DNA of 64,000 bases, taken from Takakia lepidozioides. Its lineage: Eukaryota > Plantae > Bryophyta. Under the pieces are notes generated by a model that was not told where the DNA came from, did no database searches, and saw only the letters and a list, made by a program, of their open reading frames with translations. The position numbers and the translations under genes were made by a program. The DNA lies in the NCBI GenBank assembly GCA_030704615.1, contig CM060731.1, positions 23,746,001 to 23,810,000 on the forward strand, given 5' to 3'. This document shows, one piece after another, positions 36,900 through 51,277 of the stretch; positions within the stretch are counted from its first letter, which is position 1, and every line of letters starts with the position of its first letter.

Positions 36900-37810
36900 C
36901 CGTTCTTGGGAGAGTCAGCTTCGTCTTAGCAGGCCGTGTTTCAATCTCTACCCGCTCGGCCCTGATTTTACAGCACGGAGCAGAGCTGGCATGAGTTTCT
37001 TAAAGATCCTTCACGATGGTGGGACAACCGCAATCGCAAGGTGTGGCTTTTTCTTAATGTACGATGTGAAGAAGTTTGTCCATCCTGCAAATGTGGGTTG
37101 TTGGCTCCTGTTAGTACCATGATTGGTATTCATCCTGATGTTTACAAGGTTCTTAGGAGAGTTAGCTTGGTCTTAGCATGTCGTGTTTCAATCTCTGCCC
37201 ACTCAGCTGCACCGTGGTGGTTCTCACTAACCAATCCGACATTACCTAACTACAGACACAAGCAGCACACATAAGAGGTCCTCTTGGGTTCATGGTCAGT
37301 CAAATCCTCCATGGGTCATGACACAAGGTCGAGGACAATGTGGTGAGGGCACCTTCTTCTTCGACCTATTTCAGCCTATTTTGCCCTCTCATCAGACTCG
37401 GCCCTGAATTTGAATCATGGAGCAGAGCTGGCATGAGTTTTTTTTAAGATCCTTCACGAGGGTGCGACCGCAATCGCAAGGTGTGGTTTTTTTTTAATGT
37501 ACGATGTGCAGAATTTTGTCCATCCTGCAAATGTGGGTTGTTGGCTCCATGATTTGATATTCTTCCTGATGTTTACAAGGTTCTTGGGAGAGTCAGCTTG
37601 GTCTTAGCAAACCGTGTTTCAAAGTCTGCCTGCTCAGCTGCACCGTGGTGCAGGTTCTCACTGACCAATCCGACATTACCTGACTACAGACACAAGCATC
37701 ACACACAAGGTCAAATCCTCCATGGGTCATGACACAAGGTCAAGGACAGTGTGGTGAGGGCACCTTCTTCTTCGACCTATTTCAACATGTTTTGCCCTCT
37801 CATCAGACGC
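36900..37810 (+). repeat. Tandem duplication of a unit of about 440 bp inside the Pack-CACTA
   Basis: GGAGCAGAGCTGGCATGAGTTT..AAGATCCTTCACGA..GGGCACCTTCTTCTTCGACCTATTTCA occurs twice, starting near 36977 and 37419. Confidence 0.85.
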
Positions 37811-38212
37811 CCTGAGATGCATATTGAATTTTGTAAGTTAGCTCATTGCTCGTTGATAAGTAGGGTTGGGGGTGTTTGCTGGAACAATTCTAGGCTGTCA
37901 TTGTCAGCTGCTAGCAGGAAGGCAAGGATGTATGCATAGATAGCTGAAGGATTTTGTGCAGAGGCATAGATAGCTGAAGGAGCAGGGATAGAGTGTGGGC
38001 CCAAATTCGTCCAAGAGGGCCGGATTTCAAGCTCCATTATTTCAGTGTCATCCATTCAGCCAGGGATTTCCTGGTGACATTGCCAAGGCTTTACTCGCAA
38101 CACGATGCTTGTAAAGCTTCCTTAGCTTGAATGCTGATTATGCTTGAATTATTAGGTTTGTAAAGCCAGTTTTGAAATTTTCATGGTAATCAGCTCTCTT
38201 GAAAATCTGTAG

Positions 38213-38299
38213 GTTGCAAGCCATTTACAGCGGGCCGTGGGTGGACTGGAAGACAGCCATTGAAAGTCCTGGTGCAAGTTAATACCAGTGGAGAGCAGA
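38213..38299 (+). pseudogene. Captured exon of a PLP homeostasis protein (YggS/PROSC/PLPBP family)
   Basis: After an AG acceptor: VASHLQRAVGGL, then (frameshift) RQPLKVLVQVNTSGEQ, matching the family motif PLKVxVQVNTSGE. Confidence 0.75.
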
Positions 38300-38639
38300 A
38301 TAAGCTTCATATGCCCTTTTGGTGCTAGTTATCTTCATGTATGGTACTGTTGAACACCAACAATCTTTTGGTGAGATTCTGTCTTGGTGCACATGTCTGA
38401 TAAAGAAAGACGGTAATGTTTGTTCTGAAACCTGAAGGCGTGAAATGATTCAACACAACAAGAGCATTACGCGTGTCACAATACAAGCTGTAAGAAAGCA
38501 AGAGATACATAGTTATACAGTCAAACAGACAACTATCAGTTTCTGTGGAATCTCTTGCCAATGGCAAGATGGGTTGGGAATAGCCAAGTCAGAGGTGAAT
38601 GCCTGTCAAATTACCACATGTCCTTTTGAACACTGCCCC

Positions 38640-39070
38640 TGCCCTGGTGGACATGTACGCCAATTGTGGGTGCATTGAGGATGCAAAGGGAGTGTTCAAC
38701 ACTGTGGCTGAACGAGATGTGGTGTCGTGGAGTGCGATGCTTGCTGGGTATGCACAGCTGGGGTGCGGGATGGAGGCTCCAACCTTTGAGAAAATGATGG
38801 GGGAAGGGGTGAAGGCCGCCGACATAACGTTTGTGTGCGTTTGCAGTGCGTCTGCAGCCCTGGAAAAGGGCAAAGAGATCCCTGGTGACATCATCAAATC
38901 TGCAATTGTACCAGATGTCATCCTGAACATGGCTCTGGTGGCCATGTATGCTAAATGTGGGAGCATTGAGGATGCCAAGGGAGTGTTCAACACTATGGCT
39001 GAACTAGATGTGGTGTCGTGGAATGCGATGCTTGAAAGGTGTGCAGAGCAGGAGCGCGGGATGGGGCTTT
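38640..39070 (+). pseudogene. Captured PLS-type PPR fragment
   Basis: ALVDMYANCGCIEDAKGVFNTVAERDVVSWSAML..ALVAMYAKCGSIEDAKGVF..DVVSWNAML. Confidence 0.9.
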
Positions 39071-41421
39071 GGACACCTGAAAGCAAATGATGGAGAAAAG
39101 GATGAAGGTACCTTCTTCAACATATTTCACCCTGTTTTCCCTGCTAGTGTTTGCTTTGACAATTCTAGGCTGTCATTGTCAGCTGCTAGCAGCAAGGCAA
39201 GGATGTATGCATGATTTGTGCAGAGGCATGGATAGCTGAAGGAGCAGGGATTTCGTGTGGGTCCAGATTCATCCAAGAAGGCCAGATTTCAAGCACAAGA
39301 TTACCTATGATTCCCTGTGGATCAATAGCTACAAGAAACCTGCATGGGTAGATGGTCAACTGGGAACAGCGGCACAAGTGATAAAATCAGGCACTGCTAA
39401 TGAAGGCATCTTCTTCAACACATTTCACCCTGTTTTTCCCTCTTATCAGAATCGGCCCTAAATTTACATGTTCAATTCTGCAAGTTAGCTGGTTGAGTGA
39501 ATCTAGTTTGGAGTGACTTTGACATGATACTGCCAATGTGACAACAGGAAAGTGTCAAAAAATAGGTAACAGAGATGAGGAGAAGCTGTGGAATGAAACT
39601 TATCTGAGCCCAGTCGCTGATGGGTCAACCGGGGCAGAAAGGTGAATGCCTGCTACATGTCAGAGAGTAGCAGACACAATTCAGCATAGGAACTAGTGTG
39701 CTACGCTGAGTTGGGTGTTTCCTAGAACAAATGTAGGCTGTCATTGTCAGCTGCTAGCAGCAAGGCAAGGATGAATGCTTGATTTGTGCAGAGGCATGGA
39801 TAGCTGAAGGAATAGAGATAGAGTGTGGGTGACGCAGGGTGCTGGGCAATGGGCAAGATGTCTTTGTATAAACGTGAGTGACCTTCCTATCATCCTGGGT
39901 TTCATTTTTAGTGCATGTTTCTTTGTGAAGTATCTGACGACTTCGCCAATACACACCAACCTTTTTGCTTTGGTTTGTTTAGGACATGGGATAGAAGTTA
40001 CCATAAACAACACTGGCATTGGTTTTTCATATATGGTATTAGATAATTCTCTTAATTGTTTCCGCCTTGGCAGGTTGCTCAGTGACCTTCCCTGGACGCT
40101 TTGGAGTATAGCGAGTGAGTGTCTCACAATGCAATATTGGTTGGTGCATCTTATGCAAGAACTTGGAAAACAAACAAATGTCCTTGCTGTAGTAATTCTT
40201 AAAGCCATGCAAGCCGTTTTTGATGGGTTGCAGATTGATGGAATACATGAGTAGTTAGAAGATTATGGGTGAACACTTTTCAAAGTGTTATAGTTAGACA
40301 AAATAATTCACATGAGAACATGCGACTATTTAATGTATTTTTAGATCGCAACAAAAATGATAATGATAAATAGATTGGTAAATAGAGATGGTGTGCAATC
40401 TCTTGGTTTTGCTCAGCTTGTTGCAGTTATGTCTTGCTGCCTTGTTCTCTTTGTATTATATATTATATTTCATTGTTGTAATAGACATGTACATGACTGG
40501 TATCATAGTCATAATAATGACTACATCTATTTTCACTCTCCAATAGTGCTACACCACGTGGCAGAAATACAAATATGTAAAAAAATAGCAATACACCCCA
40601 AAAAAACACCCATCATGACACATGTCAATCTGCTGATGGACCACGTGTAAAAACTGCAACGCGCCACGTGTTGCAACCGGATTAGCACACCCGTAGTCAT
40701 AGTTCGCAGTCATGGAGAGCTAAACTCTACCACGTGTCATTTCCTGCATCGAGCACGTGCCACTCTTGCACAGCCGCTGACATGGACTACACTGTCCGTT
40801 CAGTCATTCAGTAAATCCAGCGTGTATGACTACCCCCACAGCTGCTCTGGCGCCACGTGACAGCCAGCCTGGAGAGTCATATCTGCCATGTCACAACTGA
40901 CTAGGTCTTTACGTCTGCAGAGTCAGGAAGTCGTAAATGGCTTCCATGACTGCATTTGCAATCATAACACAGAGACGTAAAAGCCGCAATTTGTTGTAGT
41001 GTTCTCTCTACCTACCTACCCAAAAGGCTATGCCAAACACAAGGTCTTATGAGTACTTTCTGTACCTACCCTTGGCAATAAACTGAAGTAAATCCCTCAC
41101 AATGGTCTCCCACTAAATGCGGAGTCTATGACCTACAAGGATACAACAAACGTGAAGGATGGTAGTCTACACTCCAATGGCCAAATAAACAAAATTGGAA
41201 AAGATATCCAAGGAATGTAGTGTGGGGGTGATGAGTACAAGGTCATGGAATTACACCAAGCTGACTTTCAGGCGGCTGCGAGAACTGCTTGAGAGGGCTA
41301 CTTTCCAGCTCCTCTGCTAACTTGTTGACAACATGGAGCCGCTTCATCGTAGGTCCCTATATCACAAACCATTACAATTTCTTCAGTGGCATTACAACTT
41401 GAAATACACTAGTTACATAGC

Positions 41422-42660
41422 TTACTCAAGAGAAACCCACTGCTCATGCAATTCACAAGCAACCCAAGAATTCCAAATGTGGACCAGACTTACATTATAT
41501 TGTTGTACCTTCTGACGATTACACTGAGCAGAATTGTAGGGCTGTTGTCCAAAGAGAGGCTCAGACTTCAGAAACTGTGGAATACTAGGAGTCTTGCTTG
41601 CCCTCTCCAAGAACGGCCACAACACATCGAGTAGATAGCCATCTTTTGGCCCTGATGATCGCATTTTCCATGGCTCCGGATATATCCCACTAAATGGACG
41701 ATTGTTTGATGCCTTTCTTGGTGTGTCATCAACAAGAATAGTGTCTTCAGGACCCCATTCTGGCCACTCTACCCACACTCTTGATAGGTTCTTCAAATAT
41801 ATGGGCTTTGCATCAGCCCCCCTAGCCAATGGGTCATTAAGCTCTTCACAATAAAGGGCATCCCACGGGAAAATAAGATTAGTGTGCCCTTTCAAAATAA
41901 AGTCCACCATCGGAATGAAGTTGCAAGCTTTGTAGCAAGACCACACTGCCACCTCAAAGTGTGCAAAACACTTTGCAAAAAAGAAATACACCTGGGTCTC
42001 AAAACTACCATTTTTTTCCCACACAACTTCCCCACAAATCCTTTGGGAACAGTTGTTGGACCACTAGTAACATGAATGGATTCATAGAGCAATCCATTCA
42101 CATCCAAAACTAGCAAGTGTTTGCGAGGTGGGGGAGACTGTAAACGCTCATCTGGCTTCAACATATCTGCCCCAGTGGGATGCACAACCAATTGAAATGC
42201 CGTAGCATCTGTCCCATCCTCCCCATGTGAATTCCCCAAGGAATCATGCATACCTAAATCCGGTGTACCAAGCTTCTCAGACATATCACGGGCATCATGA
42301 TCAATAGCTTCCTTTGTACCAGAGGCAAGCTGACTTGAAATTGTTGTCTCAGTGCCTACCTTCCCTATGGCGAACTGCTTGGACAAATGCAAACCATCAT
42401 CGGTGATAGGGTTAGGGGAGAGTTGAGATTGATCGCCAGTTACGGTCTCAAACTGCTCCTCCAATCTTTTTGATACAGTGACACCAAAACCATTCATGCT
42501 AGATGTCACTGGACCTGCCAGGGGGACATTAACCCCCAATTTGAGCATCATTGCCTTCTGAGAGTCCATCATGTTCTGCATCCATGATTTCATCTCTAGC
42601 ATATCAGACCCTTGAGCCTCGACTTGTTTTTCCATTGCATCCACCTTTCCGACTATAGCA
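41422..42660 (-). pseudogene. FCP1/NIF-like HAD-phosphatase domain region within the CACTA ORF2 locus (frameshifted)
   Basis: KHLLVLDVNGLL, VVLRP, FEVAVWS, KPIYLKNLSRVW, DTILVDDTPRKASNN; preceded by a short coiled-coil-like segment. Confidence 0.75.
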
Positions 42661-43739
42661 GAATACGCTACACTCGCTTCTATAGACCAAAATGCATAAG
42701 ACAACATGTTCCAACAAGTTTTTTTCCACCTGCCAATATTTGAGCACAACATCAAGCACCTTACCTATCAATCCATATTGGGTGATCACACCAACCAAAC
42801 ACATATTCATCAAACGCTGGCAACCATGACTACAACATGTTCACCTGTACAAAAATACTGGTCCTACTTTTGTTCTACCAAAGCAGTAAATTCAGGCACA
42901 GGTCCTTCTACCACACATGCAGTCCTAGGGATACAATGATCACACCCAGCAACTTCTGAAGTAAAATGTGTTTAACCCTCTACTAAACCCCTTGATGGAC
43001 TTAGACCTGGCCAGACAGGGCCGTCCTAGGGATACAATGTTGGCTTATAGTGAAAATCAACAAACCCAAACCCAACAGATCTCAGTCCAATCCAGGAAGT
43101 GGTTAGAGGTACCAAACTCAGTTTTGTCAATCAACACACTGTCACTCTTATGAGTACATTCTTTCAACACTTAGATCATTCCCTGAGAACTTGAGCAACC
43201 AGACGTGCTATAATACACAGGGCACACATAATCTGAAAGCACATGGTTGTTGAGTCTCACTTACCTGCCTATCGCTCCCAGCTGACATCCTTGAGACAGA
43301 GTATTCTTGTATGTCAGCCAACGTAGGGGGGCACCCGGTTTCTCTTTCCTACATATTTACCCAACATAACAAACAATATGAAGCCAATGTGCAATTTGTA
43401 CTCAATGGCTCACCCATACAAAACCATAACAAAACCACTGAAGATAATGCAACGTCAGGATTGAACAATCATGTTAGCACAGAAATAATTTTATACTAAA
43501 GCACAGCTCCAAAATTGTTTGAAGTACTAAACTATAAGCCAACCAGCATTAAAGACTGGCATTCATAGAATGTATTGAGAGGAGTACAGTGAGAAAGCTC
43601 ATGAGGGTTCTTACTAAACGTGCCTCTATGTTGTCCTTCCCTCCCCGGCCTGTTTCGGTGTGATTTTGAATGCAGACATTTGTTGTCTTCAAGTGGGTCT
43701 GCACTTTGGAGTACTGTTCTGTACTCCAGTATTCCAATG

Positions 43740-44450
43740 CCATCAGACACGTCCATGGGTTTCCCCCTACCTTTCTGCCATTCCTTGTGCAAGTCATGCC
43801 GTCGGGACTTCATAATTGTGCCTATTGTGTTTCGCAACGCAGTATCATCCAAGCCACGTGGGACATATTCAAATAGCTTGGCCAGGATTTTTTTGAGCTC
43901 TTCAATGATCTCATCAGGCTGATAGTTGATGGCTATAGAAGGATCACAGATACGATGAACGTGACCTTTGAGGGCCGCATGCCAAACATTCCTCATTTGA
44001 CCAACTCGTTTTTCTGCCTTGTTAGTTGCAGGAAGACCTTCTGCCTCTCTTTCTTCCTTCACTTTATATTCCGCGGCCTTCACAGCATAATTTGCTCGTC
44101 TCAAGGCATTGGTTATGTCAGCCTTTGATTTAACCACATCCACTACAGGTTGAACTGTTGGCACCTGTGCGGGAACGTTGAAGGGTTGATTCGGCCAGCT
44201 ACCCATCAGTGGCCATGGTGGTTGGGAACCACTCGAGGATCCATAGTGGTCATATGGGACCTGTGCATATGGCGGAGGATATTCAGGTGGCCTGCCACCT
44301 CCATAAGTAGGAGGAGGTGGGCGATATGGAGGAGGAGCATAAGGGCCATAATGGCCAGCTGCATAATTGTGTTGGGGGGCCCTTGCGTACTGACCCTCCA
44401 CATTGCCAGTGGGTGGATGTTGGTTGGGAGCCGGGTACTGAGGCATGGAA
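43740..44450 (-). CDS. CACTA TnpA/PttA-like exon with a Pro/Tyr-rich N-terminal part
   Basis: WHAALKGHV..LAKLFEY..LRNTIGTIMKSRRHDLHKEW..KPMDVSD resembles PttA (Transposase_24)-type regions; oriented divergently from Tnp2. Confidence 0.55.
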
Positions 44451-45687
44451 CGATATTGAGAGCCTGGTACTGGTGGCTGAGTATGGAAAACCTGGGGGGA
44501 CTGAGGGCCGACTCCTGTGGCATTTTTCTACTTTTGTTTTTGCTTGCCCTGGGTTTCCATACATGAAACCAATGCCAAGTAAATCCAACTACAAGGACCT
44601 CACCATATCATGACATAAAGGTATCATAAAGTATAAACACTATGCATGATTTGTACAGGTCTGATTACCCAAAAATTAGACAGATCTTGGCTAGAAAATC
44701 GGCCAAATTGGATTGGCTTCAATGATGTGTGCCCAAGACTTTTCCGACCCCTTTTATGTATGGGTTTTGCCTGAAATCCATACCAAACATGCAGTAGGGA
44801 GGGGCATACCTAAAAACTGTGAGAAAAGATGGAATGTGCTCAACATACGAGACCTACTGCTTACAAAGTTGTAAATAGTGCTATGGAATATGGGGCCACA
44901 TGCACATGGGCAAGCTCTTCCACTCAGAAAATGGACAGACGAAAATGCACAAGCTGAATCTAGACAAAGAATGTACTTATGACAACACACCTTGGCTGTC
45001 ATGCCTTGCTCCGGAGGGACCGCCTGGATAGACAAACGCCACCTTACCCTCACGCCGTCAAAAATTACTTTGGGCTTGGCAGTTGTACGAGTCATGGTGA
45101 CGAGTCGGGCACTTTGAATTGCCGGACATTTGATAGGAGCTCCACGAGACCGTGCTTTCCGACGCGGTTTCACACCTATAATCCTGCAAAAATACTTACA
45201 TTGTGGCCCACAGGTTACTTGACTATCCTTACCGTTGTCCCAATGGCTGCCCGTCAAATGCGGTTCACTCCCGCCTACTGCTATGAATGCACTCCTATAC
45301 CCTAAACTAAACTCAACTTGCACTTTTCAAGCCTTTTCTACATTCACACCAACAGCGCGGCCTCTCGATCGCACCTCATCTACCATGCAAATGGAAAGAG
45401 ATCACGCTGTTAGCCATGCATGCATTGTCAAAGGATTGGGTCACTGAACTGTTCGATCCTTACCTTTTGAAGACCTGCTTCAACTTCGCCGTGGCATCCT
45501 TCACGATGGCAATGTTAGCCTCACGTAGCTTCTTGTACTCAGTGAGAGGAGCAATGACAACCTTGGACTTCACCATGAATGATCATGCAGCTCACTAGCA
45601 CACACCGTAAGAGGTAGATATATTGTAGAGAGAGCACTGAGGACACAAAGTTGCAGAGGCTCTACAGGGCATTGCATACTACGAGCT

Positions 45688-48600
45688 ATGAACGTTCAAC
45701 ATCTGTTCGGCCGTCATGGTGCATATGAGCCGCACATGCGATTACGAGATGACAGACTATGGCGACTCGAGGAGGCGTACGCCATATCAAATGGGAACAA
45801 GAAAATGCTTTGCAATTGCACTGAATGTCATGGATCCAAATGGCACTTGTTGGAGACAGTGAAGAAGCACTACCTCAAACATAAGAGGGATCCAACTTTT
45901 GTACTATTCCGGTACATCCACAGAAAGTACACTATCCTTCAGGACATAACAATCTCCAAGTTTGAATTTTGAAACCATTTTGGTGAGGTAGTAGTAGCCA
46001 TGACTTCACCACTCCACATGTCGAAAGTTGATTGGCGAGTTGTAGTCATGTAGTTGTGTCTATGACTGCCCTTTATACACATGTCGATATGTCGTTGGCT
46101 AGTTGTAGTCGTGTAGTCATAAACACATATAGGAACACGACTACGTCACTAGAACTATCTGCCATGTGTCACAATGTCGTTGCTCAAATCGTGTGATGTA
46201 GTGATAGCCGTGACTACATTTGTCCACATGTCATAATCTACATATACTGTGAATGAACCATGGGAAACACGGGATGTAGGGACATGCTGATTTTGATGAC
46301 GAGGAGGATCGGGCTGAGTTTGGGCAGGTGCCTAATCAAAGGGAGAACAATACGGATCATGAAGGTGGTGTGGAGGCGGAAATTCAACGAGCATTGCAGG
46401 AAGCTTTTGAGTTTGCGGATGCAAACAAGGAGGATCTGATTAATGGTGGAACTCGGGCCAAAGACAGCCCCAACGAGGAAGGATCCATGGACAATGCAGA
46501 GAATGCAGAGAATGGCCCAAACCTGAGTCACGGAGTTGACCCCAACTACGATACGTTATTTCAACAATCTCCTGGTGTAAACTCTACGAAGGGAGCTCGA
46601 TCAGCCGATTTGAAGCTACTTTGCACTTGCTCAACTTGTGCACCACCCACAAGTGCACCAATGGCTTTGTGGATGAGCTTCTTGGATTGTTGCGCAAAAG
46701 TTTTTTGCCGAAACAAAATTTTCTACCAAAAATTAATTATGAAGCTAGAACTATGATTGCGAAGATGGGATTGCAGTACACCCAAATCCATGCCTGCGAG
46801 AAAGGCTGTGTACTCTTCCGTGGGGAGAATGAAAAAGCATAATTTTGCCCGCAAGTGCAAGACGTCGCGTTACATTCCTGGTCGTGGGACTGTACCCAGA
46901 AAAATACTACGACATTTCCCTGTCATCCCAAGGTTGAAACGCATGTATCGATGCAAATCAATCGCACACCTTATGACATGGCACTTCAGACATAAGAGTC
47001 AGGATGGATTGGTTCGACATCCAGCTGATAGCAAAGCTTGGGCCCATGTTGACTCCACATTTGTGGATTTTGCTTCAGAACCACGAAATGTACGATTTGG
47101 ATTAGCCTTAGATGGAGTAAATCCATACAGTGCTCAATCCACGAGTTGGAGCACATGGCCCATCCTGTTGGTCAACTATAATTTGCCTCCATGGTTGATG
47201 ACAAAGAAGTTTTTCGTCATGTTAGCACTCCTTATCCCTGGAAAGGAGTCTGTTACATCTGCGAACATTGATGTGTATTTTATGCCCCTAGTAGAGGAGC
47301 TACAGGAATTGTGGAGAGGCATCATAGCTTATGATGTTTCCCAAGCTCTCCAACAACGCCAATTATTGCTACGGGCATTGCTGCTATGGTCAATCCATGA
47401 TTACCCTGCATATGGCTTGCTCGCGGGTCAGGTTACTAAAGGTTATACCCCACAACCATCCGTATAGAAGATCAAGATTGTACAATGGTGTTGTTGAGCA
47501 TAGAGTGGCTCCACAAACGTAGACGGGAACACAAATAAAGAAATGTGCAATTGACCTGATTGCATGGATAGCAGCAGGGGGGAAACCAGATATGCCATCA
47601 GACCCTTCCAAATCTCACGGAGTGAAGCGATTATCAATCTTATATGCCTTGCCTTACTGGGAGGGCCTCCTCATACGACATACGTTTGATGCTATGCGTT
47701 GCGAGAATAACTTTGCAGAGAATATCATTAAGACAATTTTTGGGGAGAAAGATACATTGAAGGTTCGGCGTGATCTTGAATTATTTGGGCTGCGTCCATC
47801 ATTGTGGTTGCAACGACATCCAGACAGGGCAGATACGTTAATCATGCCTCCTGCTCCTTATGTTCTGACTAAAACTGAGTTGAAAGTTTTCTTGGACACT
47901 GTGCGAAACCTTAAAGTACCCATAGGATACGCATCAGCTTTCAAAAAACACGTGGTAAAGAAAAAACTATCTGGCATGAAATCACATGATTACCTTGTGT
48001 TCATGCACCAAAATTAACCGCTGGCTATTCGTGGGCTCATGGCAACAGGTGTGTGCACTACAATTTTGCGAGTATGTCGTGTATTTAGGAGGTTACTTGT
48101 GCAAAAGTAGTGAATCCTGCAGAGTATGAGGAGTTGAAACATGAAGCAGTTGATACTCTCTGTCTAATGGAGAAAGAGTTCCCACCATCATTCTTTGATG
48201 TGATGACACATCTGCTTGTCCACCTAGTGGACGAGCTCGATTTATGTGGTCCTGTGGCATCATGTTGGATGTACCCATGCAGCGGGCAATGAAAGAAATG
48301 AAGGGGTACGTCCAGAACATGGCAAAACCCGAGGGCAGCATGGCTCAAGGATACATTTTTTATGAAGCTCTAGGATTTTGCACGGAGTATATGGCAAGAT
48401 ATGATGGAATCGCACGAAGGGTGTGGGATGCAGATGAGGAAGAATCTGTGGCCGACGTAGTTTTGGAAGGAGCCGGCAAACCTCGGAAATTGGGTGACTT
48501 GCATGCTATTGTACACGATTACATCATTCAAAATCATCCAAGCGTATCCGATATGTTGAAGTGAGTCCACACCCTTTCAGATCTGAATATTTTGTTGATT

Positions 48601-49345
48601 TGATCTTTTTGTACTGCCCCATGCTTAGTCTATGTTGGCTAAATAGCCTCGACATTTTGTGCCAGGAAATATGAAGGGGAGTCCACACAAATGGATGATT
48701 GTCCTCCATTTGCGGCTTGGCTACCAAATGCTGTGTGGGAACATCTATCTGGAATTCAAGAACATGTGCTTGAAGATGGCGTACGACAAAAATTACTGGA
48801 TCTTTCAAGACCCCCATCATATTATGCCTTGACATACAAGAGTATGACAGGATATGGCAACCATTACAAGGCTACATCCCCAGGCATGAACACATCGAGT
48901 ATGGCATCCTTTGATTGTGGAGTCTCATCAGTTTTCAAGCATGAGACGGAATTTGTACGGTATGTGGGTCTTATCAGGGAGATTTTGCAGATTGACTATG
49001 CGGCCTGTAGTGTTTTTGTGATCCTGGGTACGGGCCCAAAATGTGGGTCGTTAACCCAGATCAATGAAGGAAGATGATTGTGGCTTCACGTTGGTCAATT
49101 TCAATAAAATGCTACCACCTTCTGAACAGCCTTTTGTATTGCCAGTACAGGTTGATCAAGTCTTTTTTTCTGAGTGTGTGAAGGAACGACAATGGAAAGT
49201 TGTATTGGAGAAGAGCCCCCGATCACGGAGAGTGGTGTGTGATATCTCAATTTCTATTGATGATCTGACAAGAGTTGAAGGCTTGTTAGCTCTACAACAA
49301 CTACAAGAGACATTGACTACTAGCCGAACTCACAACCGAATTTAG
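45688..49345 (+). pseudogene. CACTA Tnp2 transposase, disrupted
   Basis: CNCTEC..VKKH; IHACEKGCVLF; HFPVIPRLKRMY..MTWH; RNVRFGLALDGVNPY; WSIHDYPAYG; MKSHDY; FFDVMTHLLVHL; DDCGF..QPFVLPVQVDQVFF; multiple frameshifts. Confidence 0.93.
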
Positions 49346-51277
49346 ATAGTGACACCAGAGCAGCTGGCCTCATTGTACCGACCCCCATGGTTAGTGATGA
49401 TGACACATATACCTCCATATTCACAAACACGGATTCAGTTGATGGCAATTAGATATGCTACCCTTGTGCATGTATTACATGTCATTCCAAATAAATGTAC
49501 TCTTCTGTCCCCATGTAGTCACATTTTTTTGGGGACCAACTGTCAATGAACATTGATATTCAAATATGATCACAATTCCTCCATGCTATAAGCTGTTGTG
49601 ATCAAGCACTAGTGGATTGGCCACTAGTAGGGCCATTTATTGATATCCAGATTGTAAAACATTGGCACCCAGAAGTTGGGAAGTGACCCAGTCTGGCACT
49701 TCACCATTCTACACTTCCAATATCTTCCACTATGCAACTATTAGCACCTGATTTCATCGCTGGCAACCTGCAGTAATATCCCTATATCAAAAAAATCCCA
49801 TACCCATATCCTTGGGCTTTGTCTAGCTTCAACTACAACAACATATTGCCACATTTGGCATACATCTACGCCAGGGCAATATCCAGAATGATATTGGTAT
49901 AATTCACGCTTTGATCCTGTCAATTCTTTGCCCCTTTGTAGAGTTGTAGATGGGGTGGCATGCATAGCAATATCCTGCAAACCTGGCCATGTGCATCTTC
50001 ACCCCTTCTACCACTTTGAATCGCTCGCATCTGCTGTCGCCATTGAGTGGTCAGATTGTTGAGAGACCTGTAAGACCATCCCAGTGGAACATCAGTTGGC
50101 TTGCTCCCCACCCGCTCTCTAGCTTGCAATTGAATCATAATCTTATCTAGTTTTTTTCTCTCATCTCCAGGAAAATGACCCGCTATCACATTGCAGTACT
50201 GCAATTCTACCAAAATCTTACAATGTCAGGCTATGGCTGTCATCGTAGCCTCCACACCAATGTATGGATGTGTCCTTCATGAGCAACACTACCCCAAGTC
50301 TGCCTTCACCCTGCCCTAACCACAAAATGAAATTAAAGAATTCCAGTCAACTGTGACAACATGGGAGGTTTTTGGTGGTTCAAAGCTATTTCACGAGTAA
50401 AATACTTACACCACTTGGTTGTGGTGGAAGACCTACAATTATACCATATCCTACACATTGTTTACTTGTGGTGGCAATCTTGCAATCCAATATCCACAAG
50501 CACACAGATTTATTTTGTCTTGACCAAGCTGTGATGGCAAGCCTATGGCATCTCAGGAAAAGCAAAGCATTAGAGAGGTGAGTTCAAACAGTCGTGCAAT
50601 CAGTTTTCAGCCCACTGAGCTAGTGAGGAAGTGCCCAGTATACGACTTCTGTGTCACACATTAGTGGAAAAATAAACCAACACCAACTTTCACATCCCTC
50701 ATCCCATTAGAGCTTTGCCAGCTTCACTGCCTCCCTGGAATCCCCCCCCCCCCCCCCCGGTGAAAAAGCAAGTATAAAGCAAATTCCAAGAGACATGTTT
50801 ACCAGTGATATATGTCTCGCTGGTAGTCGTTGAGAAACAAGGCTCTTAAGCTTTGCCCACAAACTCAACATCAAATACGAGTGTTGAATTGGGGGGTACG
50901 ACACACAACCCTGCAATCCAGCAACTTCTCACGGTTTAGAAAAAACCTTTCAAAAATGAAGAGAAGGAAGAGAATGAAAGGGAACTATGTGGTTCAGGGC
51001 TGGATTAAATGGGGCAGCTTGGCATCGGATGGGCCTTGGGTTGCTGCCTACAGTGAAACAGAGAATATGGCATGCTACTGGAGGCATATCATCGCTGAGG
51101 CTATGTGCTTCCCCAGCCACAGCTTAGCAGAAAAAAGAGGTTGCATCAACAACGAGAGTGAGTCTTGGAAGGCAACATCGTTCTCAACCCCTTTGTTCCG
51201 AGCAAAATTTACTCAAAAGGTAGAGCAGACACTTTTGTGACTTGTTTGTAGGGTTCTAAGATGACAGACATTTGTAC

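Larger units (their letters stand above)
36038..41001. mobile_element. Complete non-autonomous Pack-CACTA (4964 bp) carrying host-gene fragments
   Basis: TIR CACTACAACAGATTGCGGCTTTTATGACTC vs right-end rc CACTACAACAAATTGCGGCTTTTACGTCTC; 3-bp TSD TTC at 36035-36037 and 41002-41004; ATGACT subterminal repeats; no transposase. Confidence 0.95.

Noticed and set aside
49741-50213. Ulp1-like protease, often found in CACTA elements
   Set aside because: No recognisable His/Asp/QxxxxDCG catalytic motifs; left unassigned.
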